This document shows positions 19,468 to 29,424 of a stretch of 64,000 bases of DNA, piece by piece. A model generated the notes under the pieces. The model saw only the letters and a list, made by a program, of their open reading frames with translations. It made no database searches and was not told the origin of the DNA. Origin of the DNA: Bacteriovoracaceae bacterium (GTDB taxonomy: Bacteria; Bdellovibrionota; Bacteriovoracia; Bacteriovoracales; Bacteriovoracaceae); the NCBI GenBank assembly GCA_965217035.1, contig OZ244226.1:496001-560000 (forward strand), read 5' to 3'. How positions within the stretch are numbered: the first letter of the stretch is position 1; the number at the start of each line of letters is the position of its first letter. The position numbers and the translations under genes are program-made.

Positions 19468-20587
19468 TATAAAAAAAACTTTTCCAATCCCCCACCCAAT
19501 TCAATGAAAACTCATCACTCAATGCTTTCGCACTGGCCTCTGATAGGGCCTTTTGACCAGCAAATGGGGATAAATAAATTTTAACATTATTGCATGTATA
19601 GGCCAATAAACTCTTAAGCATTGACCTCAGATCAGCGATTGATCTTTGAGACAAACCTAGCAAGATTCCATCATATTTTTCATCAGCTCTACAAAGCTCA
19701 GAAACCATAGATCGGAAGCCTTCTGGATTATGGGCATTTTTAAAATCAACCTTCCCCCCATTAATTTTTAAAGGTTCGAATCGTTTTAAACAAACATTAT
19801 TGAAGGTAATTTCTCCGAAAAGTTCCCTTGCTATCATTTCTGCCATTTTTTTATTTTTTTGAGAATAGAGAGAATTTTCTTGAATCACTTGAGCTTCTAC
19901 AAGATCCAAAAGAAAAGAGAATTTATCAAAAGCAACTCTTTTTGCTTCTCTTCTGAGATAATTAGATTCAAAAGCAGTAAAAACAATTTTTTGTTCTCTT
20001 ATAACACCTAGTTTTTCATGAAGAATTTTTTTCAAACTATTTCCCAAAAACTTTTGATGATCTCTTCCGATTGAAGTTAAACCTATAATTTCGGCATCAA
20101 AGAGATTAACCGCATCAAGCCTCCCCCCCAAACCAACTTCAAGAATGAGATATTCGCTTTTCCTTTTAAAAGCTCTTTTTATAAAGGCTAAGAATAAAAA
20201 CTCATAATAACTTAATTTTATTCCTGATTCGGACTCTTCTTTTTTGATTTCAGAGAATAAAGAATCAAACTCAGAGTAATCAATAAAGTCTGACTCATCT
20301 TGAATTCTTTCTTTGATAGAAAAAACATGAGGAGACATCCAGACTGAAAATGTTTTGTTTGTTTGAGAAAGAAATTCTTTTAGGTATAAAACGGTCTCGC
20401 CTTTCCCATTTGTTCCAGCAATAGTAATCACTTTGCCTTCCCAAGCTTTAATATATTTAGTAAAAAGAGGTTTTATCCTTTCTAAACCACGTTCTATCGC
20501 ATTCCCATAATTTTCAAAACCAACTTCCTTTTCAAGGAAATCTAATAGTTGATTTTCTTTTTCTTGGTTAAATCTCTCGATAATCAT
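19376..20587 (-). CDS. folC: Folylpolyglutamate synthase/dihydrofolate synthase
   Basis: IAGTNGKG, SPH, EVGLGGRLDAVN, AHNP, VSGSNY; follows accD. Confidence 0.92.
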   Translation of the reverse strand: MIIERFNQEKENQLLDFLEKEVGFENYGNAIERGLERIKPLFTKYIKAWEGKVITIAGTNGKGETVLYLKEFLSQTNKTFSVWMSPHVFSIKERIQDESDFIDYSEFDSLFSEIKKEESESGIKLSYYEFLFLAFIKRAFKRKSEYLILEVGLGGRLDAVNLFDAEIIGLTSIGRDHQKFLGNSLKKILHEKLGVIREQKIVFTAFESNYLRREAKRVAFDKFSFLLDLVEAQVIQENSLYSQKNKKMAEMIARELFGEITFNNVCLKRFEPLKINGGKVDFKNAHNPEGFRSMVSELCRADEKYDGILLGLSQRSIADLRSMLKSLLAYTCNNVKIYLSPFAGQKALSEASAKALSDEFSLNWVGDWKSFFYSEEIRNKNILVSGSNYFIGSVYQYHYQSSQ

Positions 20588-21429
20588 GAAAACATTTCAA
20601 GAAAAAATGAGAGTTCTGCTTTGAGTTTATGACGATGAACGACTCGGTCAACAAAACCATGCTCTTTTAAAAATTCAGACTTCTGAAATCCCTCTGGTAG
20701 TCTTTGACGAATTGACTGTTCAATAACTCTTGGCCCAGCAAATCCAATCAAAGCATTTGGCTCAGCCAAATTAAGGTCTCCAAGCATTGCAAAGCTTGCA
20801 GCACATCCACCTGTTGTAGGATCCGTCATTACAGAAATATAGGGAATGCCTGCATCTCTTAGTTTCTTTCTACTAGAAGAAGTTTTCGCCATTTGCATAA
20901 GAGAAAGAATTCCCTCTTGCATTCTCGCTCCACCTGAACAGCTAAAGATAATACACGGAATCTTTTTTTCAAGAGCAACATCCATTGTATGTGCAATTGT
21001 TTCCCCGCAGGCAACTCCCATAGAGCCTCCCATGAAACTGAATTCCATTATCGCAATCGCGACATCCTTTCCATGAATCTTTCCAGTACCCGCAACAATA
21101 CTATCTTTTAGACCTGTTTTTTCTTGCGTTTGATCAATTCGATCTTTGTAGTTTTTCTTATCTTCGAACGCCAGAGGATCAGTACTTTGGTAAAGTTTTT
21201 TAAACTTGTTCAACTTTCCATCATCGAGAAGTAATGCTACACGATCTGACCATCGAAAACGAAAATGATGATCACAATAAGGACATACCTGCCAATTACT
21301 CTCAAGTTTTTCCATATTGAGAATTTCTTTACAGTTAGAACACTTTTTCCAAAGCCCATCAGGAGAATTATTCAATGTTTTGCGAGAATTTTTCAGTTTT
21401 GGGCTCTCAACCTTATCAAACCACCCCAT
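20584..21429 (-). CDS. accD: Acetyl-CoA carboxylase carboxyltransferase beta
   Basis: Zn finger CSNC..CPYC, FMGGSMG, SGGARMQEG, FAGPRVI. Confidence 0.97.
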   Translation of the reverse strand: MGWFDKVESPKLKNSRKTLNNSPDGLWKKCSNCKEILNMEKLESNWQVCPYCDHHFRFRWSDRVALLLDDGKLNKFKKLYQSTDPLAFEDKKNYKDRIDQTQEKTGLKDSIVAGTGKIHGKDVAIAIMEFSFMGGSMGVACGETIAHTMDVALEKKIPCIIFSCSGGARMQEGILSLMQMAKTSSSRKKLRDAGIPYISVMTDPTTGGCAASFAMLGDLNLAEPNALIGFAGPRVIEQSIRQRLPEGFQKSEFLKEHGFVDRVVHRHKLKAELSFFLEMFS

Positions 21430-21513
21430 ATTTGCTCCTCAGTATAGGAATATCCTACCGCCATTCACAGGCATCTTCTATAGTTTTTACCCAAAAATGC
21501 CGATCTAAGTAGT

Positions 21514-23304
21514 GTGAAATACAAGCTTTTAGTTTTTTTATCAACTTTTTTTATTGGTCATCTATTCGCCCAACTGACCACGACATCAACCTCAAATTCT
21601 TCAACAACGACAACAACAACTCTTGTTGAAGAAGAAACGGTCGAGACAGTTCAAAGTGCTGTTGCCGCGCAAGGTGTTTTTAAAAGTAGGAATGGAAGCA
21701 GCTGTCTTTATGGTGGTTTCTACTCAGAGATGAAGGGAGATATTTGCACTCACCCTCTTAACTTAGAAGATTCCGAAGCAAAAGAACGTTATATCAAATC
21801 GTGTAAAGAAATTTTTAAGGCCAACGGTCAAGAAGACACTGATTCTAAATGCGAAACAGATATTAATTTTAATGTTTGTAATCCTTCCCTCTTTGGAACG
21901 AAAAGATCTTCTGAGTTTTTCAAAAATCAAAATGCTGGTGCAGCAGGCGATCTTTCAACTTATACATCACTCAGTTGTTATATTGATACTCATAGAGAAT
22001 ATATTGCCAAACAAAGCATGGACTCTGTAATTGAAAATCTTAAAGAAAAAGAACACCTTGATGAATTCCTTCAAATTATGCAGGACACTCTTCAATTCTG
22101 TCTCTGTGGAAATAATCAACAAGAACTCAGTGGAAAGTATGGAGTAAAAATCGAAGAAACGAATACTTGTGACTCTCTTCTCTTTCGTCTGAGAAAAGTC
22201 TTAGGTGGTTACTTTTGTTCTCTTGATTCCGATGACCGTCTCAATGACCTCAGTCAATTTATCATTGGCCTCGATCAAGAAGTCCTTGGTAAGTACGAAG
22301 ATGAACTCATGGAAAAAATGCAGGAAACGATTGATGGTAATAGTGCTGAAAGTTTCTCTAAATACCTTGAAGAGTACAAAGACTATGTTGGGTATAATGA
22401 TAACCCTAAGCAATCAAATAAAGACTTAAAGAGAAAAGAGAATTATAGCTTCCTCTCTGAATGGGAAAACGAATGGGAAGCGAAATATTGTGAAGCTCCT
22501 CCTAAACCTCAAGTCAAATGTCTAAACTTTGAAGTTCAGTCTGTCCCAGGTGAAAAACAATATGAGTTAACGCCAGTTTTAACGATTGATGAAAGTTGTG
22601 ACAATAAAATCGAAGATTACGAAATCTTCTATATTGACCAAAGTCCAAAAGAAGAAGAAGAAGAAGAAGAAACGGAAACAGAGACCTCGACAACAACCAC
22701 TTCAAGTTCATCTACGACTTCGACAACTCTTGAAGAAAAGGAAAAAGAACTAGAAAGAGAAGGAATCAAAACAGCAAACGAGAGTCCAACTAACTTTGAT
22801 AGAAAAAAAGAGACTTACCCTGTTCTTTATAAAGTTTACAAAAAGGGAACAGATGAAGTGGTAGCCGAAGACTCAGTTGACGTTCTTAAGATTGGTGATT
22901 GTACGGACAATGGAATTAAAATGAATATTGAAAATACCTGTCTTCCTAGCCCAGGTCTTAAACAGACTTGTAAAGTAACTATCACCTTTAATGCCAATTG
23001 TGAGGATAGCGAGCTTGAAGAAATCACTGAGCACAATGTCAAATGGGAAGGCCCAGAGGTTAAGAAGTTTATAGCTGGAGAAGATAAAAACTCAGGAACA
23101 ATGGATCCAGATAAAGAGAAAAGCTTTAAACGCGCTCAGAATAAGTCTTATCCTGTAGAGATTAAAGCTGCTGTAAAGTATAAACTCAAGGATGATCCTG
23201 AAGAAAAATCAGAAGACCTTTCTGGTAACACTCAAATTCCGATCTTAAACTTTGGACCAGCTGGTTCAGGTCCGAAGCTCAAGCTTTCAATCGACGCTAA
23301 TTAG
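21514..23304 (+). CDS. Secreted Cys-rich protein with Thr/Ser and poly-Glu linkers
   Basis: Signal peptide, CLYGGFYS, CNPSLFG, two T-rich tracts. Confidence 0.8.
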   Translation: MKYKLLVFLSTFFIGHLFAQLTTTSTSNSSTTTTTTLVEEETVETVQSAVAAQGVFKSRNGSSCLYGGFYSEMKGDICTHPLNLEDSEAKERYIKSCKEIFKANGQEDTDSKCETDINFNVCNPSLFGTKRSSEFFKNQNAGAAGDLSTYTSLSCYIDTHREYIAKQSMDSVIENLKEKEHLDEFLQIMQDTLQFCLCGNNQQELSGKYGVKIEETNTCDSLLFRLRKVLGGYFCSLDSDDRLNDLSQFIIGLDQEVLGKYEDELMEKMQETIDGNSAESFSKYLEEYKDYVGYNDNPKQSNKDLKRKENYSFLSEWENEWEAKYCEAPPKPQVKCLNFEVQSVPGEKQYELTPVLTIDESCDNKIEDYEIFYIDQSPKEEEEEEETETETSTTTTSSSSTTSTTLEEKEKELEREGIKTANESPTNFDRKKETYPVLYKVYKKGTDEVVAEDSVDVLKIGDCTDNGIKMNIENTCLPSPGLKQTCKVTITFNANCEDSELEEITEHNVKWEGPEVKKFIAGEDKNSGTMDPDKEKSFKRAQNKSYPVEIKAAVKYKLKDDPEEKSEDLSGNTQIPILNFGPAGSGPKLKLSIDAN

Positions 23305-24065
23305 AAATTTAGAATTTTCCCATCATGATGAATAATATGGACATCATCAATTCCGAGTTTTTGAACTTCAGTTATGATATTTTCTTGATAAGCTGGTTTT
23401 AAATGAGTGAGATAAATAGGAACACCTTTTGGCATTTTTTGATACTCTTCTGCGAAAGAATCAGGAGTGTGATGATAGCTTGCCTTCGCAACACTTATTA
23501 AAGAATTAGGAAAGCTCACTTCTGTAATTATGGCCTGAAGATTTTTAGCTTGATAAGCAAAATCCCAAATTCGATTGGTTTGAGAAGTATCTCCAGAAAA
23601 AAGAACTGACTTTCCTTTATGCTCAACAATGAAACCAACAGCATCACCCGGATGGTTAACTGTAATTGGAATAATTTTATATTCTCCTACAATCACCTCA
23701 TCTTCAGGAACAAAAGGATTATATCGAATCATGGGATCTTCTGTACTTGGGATAGCGGAAAAATCAGGCCAAATCGCATCATTGAACAAATGAGTTTTTA
23801 AATTTGAAATAGTCGTTGCATGGCCGAAGACTTCAAAACTATGTTCTCTGATAACAAAACAATTATCACAAATAAAAGCGAGGTCTTTAATATGATCAAG
23901 ATGCGAATGCGTAAGGAAGACATATTTTATCAATGCTTGTCTCTCGACTGCAATTGTACTTGCTACTGACCCTGCATCAATCAATAAATCATCGTTCACT
24001 AGAAAAGAAGTTGCGTTAAATCCGCTGGACACACCGCCTTGCGCCCCTAGAAATTCAATCTTCAT
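23301..24065 (-). CDS. Metallo-beta-lactamase-fold cyclic-nucleotide phosphodiesterase (class II-like)
   Basis: LIDAGS, THSHLDHI, FSGDT, EVSFPN, HLKP. Confidence 0.85.
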   Translation of the reverse strand: MKIEFLGAQGGVSSGFNATSFLVNDDLLIDAGSVASTIAVERQALIKYVFLTHSHLDHIKDLAFICDNCFVIREHSFEVFGHATTISNLKTHLFNDAIWPDFSAIPSTEDPMIRYNPFVPEDEVIVGEYKIIPITVNHPGDAVGFIVEHKGKSVLFSGDTSQTNRIWDFAYQAKNLQAIITEVSFPNSLISVAKASYHHTPDSFAEEYQKMPKGVPIYLTHLKPAYQENIITEVQKLGIDDVHIIHHDGKILNF

Positions 24066-24128
24066 CTTATATTTCATTATAGAAAGGAATTTGAAATGCC
24101 TTGGAAGTCGGTAGATACTGCTCGAAAT

Positions 24129-24944
24129 TTACCGAGTAAGTTGCTTATAAATTTCTTGTTGCTCTTGATCAAGTACTTTAGAAAGCAGTTTCGAAAGCTC
24201 TTTCGTCTTACCTTTTTTATCTAATACCTTTTGAGCAAGGGTTGAAATCTCGTTAGAAACTTCTTTTTCTTTTTTTAAAATATAAATCATGAACAGAAAC
24301 TCTCCCCTATAATCAATTTTTTGATTTTCAAATTGATTTCCAAGAAAGCGATAAACCTTCTGGTAAGGTTTCGAAAGTTCCTTCAAAGCAACAATTGAGT
24401 TTTCAGGGAATAGATTACATAAAACTTTTAAGGAGTCATTTAAGCGATGAGGAGATTCAAAGAAAACATGAGTTCCTGGGAATTGCTTAAGATCTGAAAA
24501 ACACTTAATTCTCTTACTAGTATCTCGTGGAGCAAAACCATGAAAAGTGAAAGGAATCGACGGAAGCCCGCTGAGCTCAAGGGCCATGATCACCGAACTA
24601 ATTCCGCTATAGGAGTCAATTTCAATACCTTCTTTAATACAAGCAGAAACAAGCGGATAAGCAGGATCAGAAATAATGGGGCTTCCTGCTTCTGAAAGGT
24701 AACAAACATTTTGACCTTTTTTTAATCGATTGATGATCTTCGAAACTTTATCTTCTGCGGATTGGTCGTGATAAGAGTCTATGACTTTGTCTGAGTAATC
24801 CACTCCATGATGATTGAGGAAGGCCTTTAAAGTTCTCGTGTCTTCACAAAAAAGTACCTTAGAATCTTCTAATTCCTTGAGAACTCGGAGGGTTACATCT
24901 TGAGCATTTCCGATGGGTAAGTTGAGTAATTTGAGCTGTGCCAA
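24129..24944 (-). CDS. rsmI: 16S rRNA C1402 2'-O-methyltransferase
   Basis: PIGN..D.T.R, CEDTR, SEAGSPIISDP, FFESPHR. Confidence 0.95.
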   Translation of the reverse strand: MAQLKLLNLPIGNAQDVTLRVLKELEDSKVLFCEDTRTLKAFLNHHGVDYSDKVIDSYHDQSAEDKVSKIINRLKKGQNVCYLSEAGSPIISDPAYPLVSACIKEGIEIDSYSGISSVIMALELSGLPSIPFTFHGFAPRDTSKRIKCFSDLKQFPGTHVFFESPHRLNDSLKVLCNLFPENSIVALKELSKPYQKVYRFLGNQFENQKIDYRGEFLFMIYILKKEKEVSNEISTLAQKVLDKKGKTKELSKLLSKVLDQEQQEIYKQLTR

Positions 24945-25020
24945 TTTTTTTCCCCGCAGATGACCTGCCGCATAAATGATACACTGAACTTTGGAAGCTT
25001 ATAGCGCAAAGGAGATCAAC

Positions 25021-25416
25021 ATGTCTATGAAGGCCACTCTACTTAGAGATTCACTTGGAAATATTATTGTTCAAATGGAAGGGGGCTTCGATTACGCAAG
25101 TTGTGAACCACTTAGAAAGCAGTTAACAGATATCACTAGTGAACATCCTGAAGCGAAGCTTCAAATCGATATGTCTGGGGTAAGCTTTGTAGGAAGTTCT
25201 GGAATTAACCATTTCGTTGATACCCTAAAACTTCTCCATAATAGCTCTCAGGAAAAAATCACTCTTTCAAATGTTGATGAAGATTTTAAAAGAGTTTTTG
25301 AGCTCTACGGCCTTACCAATGCTATGGTTGTGATCAGTAATTTCTCTCTTGAGATGAATGAGACTGAGAATATGAACCAGATTTTTGGGAATCGTAAAAA
25401 TACATTCCAGAACTAA
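25021..25416 (+). CDS. STAS-domain anti-sigma factor antagonist
   Basis: AGGAG RBS; IDMSGVSFVGSSGI. Confidence 0.85.
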   Translation: MSMKATLLRDSLGNIIVQMEGGFDYASCEPLRKQLTDITSEHPEAKLQIDMSGVSFVGSSGINHFVDTLKLLHNSSQEKITLSNVDEDFKRVFELYGLTNAMVVISNFSLEMNETENMNQIFGNRKNTFQN

Positions 25417-25835
25417 AAACGGATATTATAAAAGTTCATATCCATAAGAACTCCTTCCCTATTCCTCGTTAGAGAATAGCGTTCTTCGAAATCGCGATAA
25501 CGAATCATTGTATTATATCCTGAATCGTAATCCTGTGGATAATCATCATAATTTTGATAATTCTGATCATACTCATTATGAGTCATTAGAATATAGGCTC
25601 CGAAAATCATACCGGCATATAAACCTAACGAAGCTCCTTGAGCAATAGCTCTCCCACTACTTCCAAACGCCATACTTGCTAAACCTAAAAGTGCACCTCC
25701 AGCGGCTCCGTAACCAGAGACAACTAAGAAAGCTTTGACCTTTGGGGTAAATACCGAGCCATCCGAAACCGATTGCGGTTGAGAATAACCTTTAAGACTA
25801 AAACAAAGAACGATAGCAACGAGTAATGATCTCAT
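25413..25835 (-). CDS. Hypothetical membrane/secreted glycine-zipper protein
   Basis: Signal peptide; GYGAAGGALLGLA, GASLGLYAG. Confidence 0.75.
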   Translation of the reverse strand: MRSLLVAIVLCFSLKGYSQPQSVSDGSVFTPKVKAFLVVSGYGAAGGALLGLASMAFGSSGRAIAQGASLGLYAGMIFGAYILMTHNEYDQNYQNYDDYPQDYDSGYNTMIRYRDFEERYSLTRNREGVLMDMNFYNIRF

Positions 25836-25853
25836 ATAAATAGGTTATAAAAT

Positions 25854-26141
25854 TTAAGAGAGGACTTCAAAATTTATTTTGATATTAAAGAGCTTTGCGA
25901 GCCATTCGACTGATCGTTTTAGTCGATTATATTGGCCAGGCATTAAACCATAGCTATCTGAATGTTTCACTTCATAGATCTTTATTTCTGATTTCAAGAG
26001 AATGGCCAAGTCGATTTGCCCTACTCCATAAGTTCGTGCCGTCAACGGCGAGACTAACAAAGGAATACCTTTATGATGAAGCTTGCTAGAGAGCTCTTGC
26101 TCTCGCCTCAAACCCTTTTGAAATTTCCTTAGGGCCGGCAA
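25854..26141 (-). CDS. yraN: YraN-like (UPF0102) nuclease-fold protein
   Basis: GQIDL...YEVK; directly after rnhB. Confidence 0.75.
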   Translation of the reverse strand: MPALRKFQKGLRREQELSSKLHHKGIPLLVSPLTARTYGVGQIDLAILLKSEIKIYEVKHSDSYGLMPGQYNRLKRSVEWLAKLFNIKINFEVLS

Positions 26142-26821
26142 TATTCTCTGACGCCTTTAAAGGTTTTTCTATGAATAGGAGAAATCCCATGAGTGACTAT
26201 TGCTTCCTTATGAGTCTTAGTCGGATAACCAGCATGCTTATTAAAACCATATACAGGATAGGTTTCATGTAAAACAGTCATTAAATAATCTCGGTATTCT
26301 TTGGCAATAATTGAAGCAAGAGCGATCAAGCAAGATTTTGAGTCCCCTTTCACAAGCGGAACTTGCTTAAGCTTTCCAACATTAGGAAAACAAAAGTTTC
26401 CATCAATCAAGCAAACCCCTCTTCGATCAGCTTTCAAAGTTTCAACACCTCTTTTCATAGAATCAAGACTTGCATGAAGAATATTCATCTCATCGATTTT
26501 GATATGATCACTTTCTTTTAAAATATACTTCAAAAAGGTTCCTTCAATATCTAGATTATAGATTTGATCTACTTCAAGTTTTTTCAAATCGATTTCAAGC
26601 TTCTCTAAAATAGCTAAACGTTTTTTAGTCGTCAGTTTCTTTGAGTCTGTAATCCCAAGACTTTTTAAATATGAAACAAGATTTTCTAGATTTTGATTCT
26701 CAACCGCAACAGAACAAGAAATGACTGGACCTGCGAGAGGTCCACGCCCAACTTCATCTGTGTAAAGGAAGACTTCAGCATCACTATAATGACTAATAAA
26801 TTCAATATCACTAAATTCCAT
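26129..26821 (-). CDS. rnhB: Ribonuclease HII
   Basis: DEVGRGPLAGPV, DSKKL, IDGN, KGDSKS, GYPT. Confidence 0.96.
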   Translation of the reverse strand: MEFSDIEFISHYSDAEVFLYTDEVGRGPLAGPVISCSVAVENQNLENLVSYLKSLGITDSKKLTTKKRLAILEKLEIDLKKLEVDQIYNLDIEGTFLKYILKESDHIKIDEMNILHASLDSMKRGVETLKADRRGVCLIDGNFCFPNVGKLKQVPLVKGDSKSCLIALASIIAKEYRDYLMTVLHETYPVYGFNKHAGYPTKTHKEAIVTHGISPIHRKTFKGVREYCRP

Positions 26822-26846
26822 AGTTTGATTTTATACTAATCAAAAC

Positions 26847-26877
26847 AAAAAAAAACGCCGCAGGTGACTGCGGCGTT
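26847..26877 (-). terminator. Rho-independent terminator of rplS
   Basis: 10-bp stem AACGCCGCAG/CTGCGGCGTT, 4-nt loop, U-run on the minus strand. Confidence 0.9.
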
Positions 26878-26903
26878 CTCTATTTGAAAATTTATTTTTG
26901 AAA

Positions 26904-27269
26904 TTAGTTCGATCTAGAGAAGTCGATTGCGACACGAGCCTCTTTACCTTTTCTATCTCTAAGGTAAAAATGTTTCGCTCTTCTTGATTTCCCTCGAGAG
27001 TTAACTTCGATCTTTGCAATGCTTGGACTGTGGTAAGGAAAAGTTCTTTCAACTCCAATACCATCAGAAATCTTTCTTACTACAAAGTGACCGTTGAGGG
27101 CATTCTTCTCTTTCATAGAAAGACAAATTCCTTTAAAGGCCTGAAGTCTTGTTTTATTTCCTTCTCGAATTTTCACATGAACAGTAACAGTGTCACCTGT
27201 ACGAAAATCAGGAAAGTTTTTTGTTTCTGGATTGAGATTTTTCTCGTTAATTTTGTCGATAAGATTCAT
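26904..27269 (-). CDS. rplS: 50S ribosomal protein L19
   Basis: PDFRTGDTVTVHVKIREGNKTRLQAFKG, VRKISDGIGVERTFP. Confidence 0.98.
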   Translation of the reverse strand: MNLIDKINEKNLNPETKNFPDFRTGDTVTVHVKIREGNKTRLQAFKGICLSMKEKNALNGHFVVRKISDGIGVERTFPYHSPSIAKIEVNSRGKSRRAKHFYLRDRKGKEARVAIDFSRSN

Positions 27270-27358
27270 AAGTCCATCCTTCCAAACCCGCGATTTCCTT
27301 AAGTCCCGCCGATAGAGCCGCTCAGAGGGAAACCCGCTTATGAGTTAATTGAAGATCT

Positions 27359-27387
27359 TTTCTATCTAATTTGGGGTTTAGTGTCAA
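27359..27387 (-). promoter_or_regulatory. Sigma70-type promoter of rplS
   Basis: TTGACA-17 nt-TAGAAA. Confidence 0.6.
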
Positions 27388-27623
27388 ACTCTCAAACCAA
27401 TGTGCTTCGCGTTGAAAGAAAAGACATTTAGGACATATCTCAAAAATGAAATTACGGCCAAGTTTCCATCTTCTTCAAATCCTATCGTGCTTCTATTTCA
27501 TAGACTCACCTCGTAAAAGAACTTAAGAGCAGCAATGTGGCGATTAATGACTTTATAGAAGCCTCCTTTTTAAAGGAGAATATTCATTTTGAAATTTTAA
27601 AAGTAAGGTCGGTCAGCAAAAAA

Positions 27624-28784
27624 TTAGCGTTTACAAGCTGTCAACTTACGACAGAGCTTATTCGTACTCTTAATATAGTCATAGGCTTCATAATTATTAT
27701 CAACTGAAAAATTGAAAGATCGTACTCTACCATCTTTAACATTCTTCTTTTTAGTGTCCCAGCCATAGTAATACATTTTATAGCCTTTAGAGGTTTTTCG
27801 AATATCTAAGCTTGCTTGACATCGATTAAGCCCATCAGAGAATTGATGGTTATCTAATAGACAAACTTTTACTAAATCACCATGGCGTTCCACCTTAAAA
27901 GCTGAAACAATATGAACATAGCCAATTCCTTCACTAAAAATAATAAGCTTAGGAATTATCCCTTTCTTTATGGAATTCTCAATCAACTTTAGTTTCTTCC
28001 TGACCTTGGATGGCTTCATTTTAAAAGGAAGAGAATCAAATAAATGAGTAAGATTTTTTGTATTTACTGTATTGTCATACCAGTTCTTGATAACTCTGTC
28101 TTTGAAATACTCAACAAGTTCTGGATGATTAGAAAACTCATAAAGATTAGAAAAATATGGAATAACTTCAGCTTTTCCTTCAACAATTCTTTTTATTTTA
28201 TTCTCATAAAATTTTTTCCATTTTCTTTTATCCCTCTCGCTTGGAACATCAGACCCAAGAATATTTTCAGCATCGTAGAGAGCGAGATAATTAAAGTTCC
28301 TCGTAACAGTTGTATGCCCCCAGCAATATCCTACTGTTCTTGCATAAGAATCTGTAAAAACACCAACATCATTAGTAAAAGAAAGGAGATAATCGTCATT
28401 TGAAGGAAACATTCGACTTGAAAACTGCTGAATCATTCCTAAATCAAGTGGGCAAACCTCATGACAACTTTTCCCTCTATGCTCAGGATTTTTCCATTCA
28501 AGATAGGGAGGAACAGAACTCATAGTTCCAGCTTTTAACATTTTTTTATATTTTCTAGCTTTTCTCCACTTCCTTATTGATTTAATGGCAGAGGGTCCTT
28601 CAAATGGATTCAAAATTGTCCAGAAAACACGTTTTTTAACATAGTCATACTGGTTCTTCCCCGAAACTTTTTTCTCTTGTTTTTTAGAGTTTGATTGAGG
28701 ATTGATAACAACATCCTGAGAAAAAGTGTAACTGCTTGAAAAAACGAAGAATGTAAATACGAAGAAATATTTTAAACTAATCAT
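27624..28784 (-). CDS. Secreted basic hypothetical protein (possible Cys-His-Asp papain-like fold)
   Basis: Signal peptide; GYCWGH, VHIVSA, LLDNH. Confidence 0.75.
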   Translation of the reverse strand: MISLKYFFVFTFFVFSSSYTFSQDVVINPQSNSKKQEKKVSGKNQYDYVKKRVFWTILNPFEGPSAIKSIRKWRKARKYKKMLKAGTMSSVPPYLEWKNPEHRGKSCHEVCPLDLGMIQQFSSRMFPSNDDYLLSFTNDVGVFTDSYARTVGYCWGHTTVTRNFNYLALYDAENILGSDVPSERDKRKWKKFYENKIKRIVEGKAEVIPYFSNLYEFSNHPELVEYFKDRVIKNWYDNTVNTKNLTHLFDSLPFKMKPSKVRKKLKLIENSIKKGIIPKLIIFSEGIGYVHIVSAFKVERHGDLVKVCLLDNHQFSDGLNRCQASLDIRKTSKGYKMYYYGWDTKKKNVKDGRVRSFNFSVDNNYEAYDYIKSTNKLCRKLTACKR

Positions 28785-28869
28785 GATCTTATTATTAAGA
28801 ATTATTGTGAAAAATCGAATGATCCTGTAATAGTTTCAAGAAGATGACAAAAGTCTGTACAGCTTCTAA

Positions 28870-29424
28870 CTAACTGAATTGACTAGTGTAAATAGCAACA
28901 GCTGAACGAACAGAGAGGTGGTTATAACCATCTTGAGCTGTCCCATAAATAGGGTCTAAGAAAAATTCAACTTTTTCTAAAATCTCAGGATGAAGCCCCC
29001 AACCTGTTCCAAAAATAATAAGAAGAGGTTTATTTTGGTCTTTGGCAACCGACTCAGCTTTTTTAACGTCGCCATCCGAAGTTTTGAAATTAGCCCCCGT
29101 TCCTAAAACAAGCGGCCTTGCACCTTCTCGCTTCTCAATCTCTTCAATCGCTTTTTCAAAACTCTCACTAACCTTGATAAAGGAGAGAGCATCATGCCTA
29201 TCTGGGTTATAATCATTGGCAAAATCTTCATTCCAGAAACTTAGGATTTCATCTATTAATTTCACCTGTTTTTCTATTGGAGTCACAATAAAATAATGTT
29301 GAAATCCGAAAGTTCTACAAGAACGGGCAATATCATGAATATCTAAATTCGTAACGGAAGTTGTAACCTTGTCCCCTCTTTTATTAATAATTGGATGATG
29401 AATCAGTGCTAGATATTTATTCAC
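28870..29424 (-). CDS. SPOUT-class RNA methyltransferase (trmD-associated)
   Basis: ALIHHP, TTSVTNLDIHDIARS, FGTGWGL, YNHLSVRSA. Confidence 0.92.
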   Translation of the reverse strand: MNKYLALIHHPIINKRGDKVTTSVTNLDIHDIARSCRTFGFQHYFIVTPIEKQVKLIDEILSFWNEDFANDYNPDRHDALSFIKVSESFEKAIEEIEKREGARPLVLGTGANFKTSDGDVKKAESVAKDQNKPLLIIFGTGWGLHPEILEKVEFFLDPIYGTAQDGYNHLSVRSAVAIYTSQFS

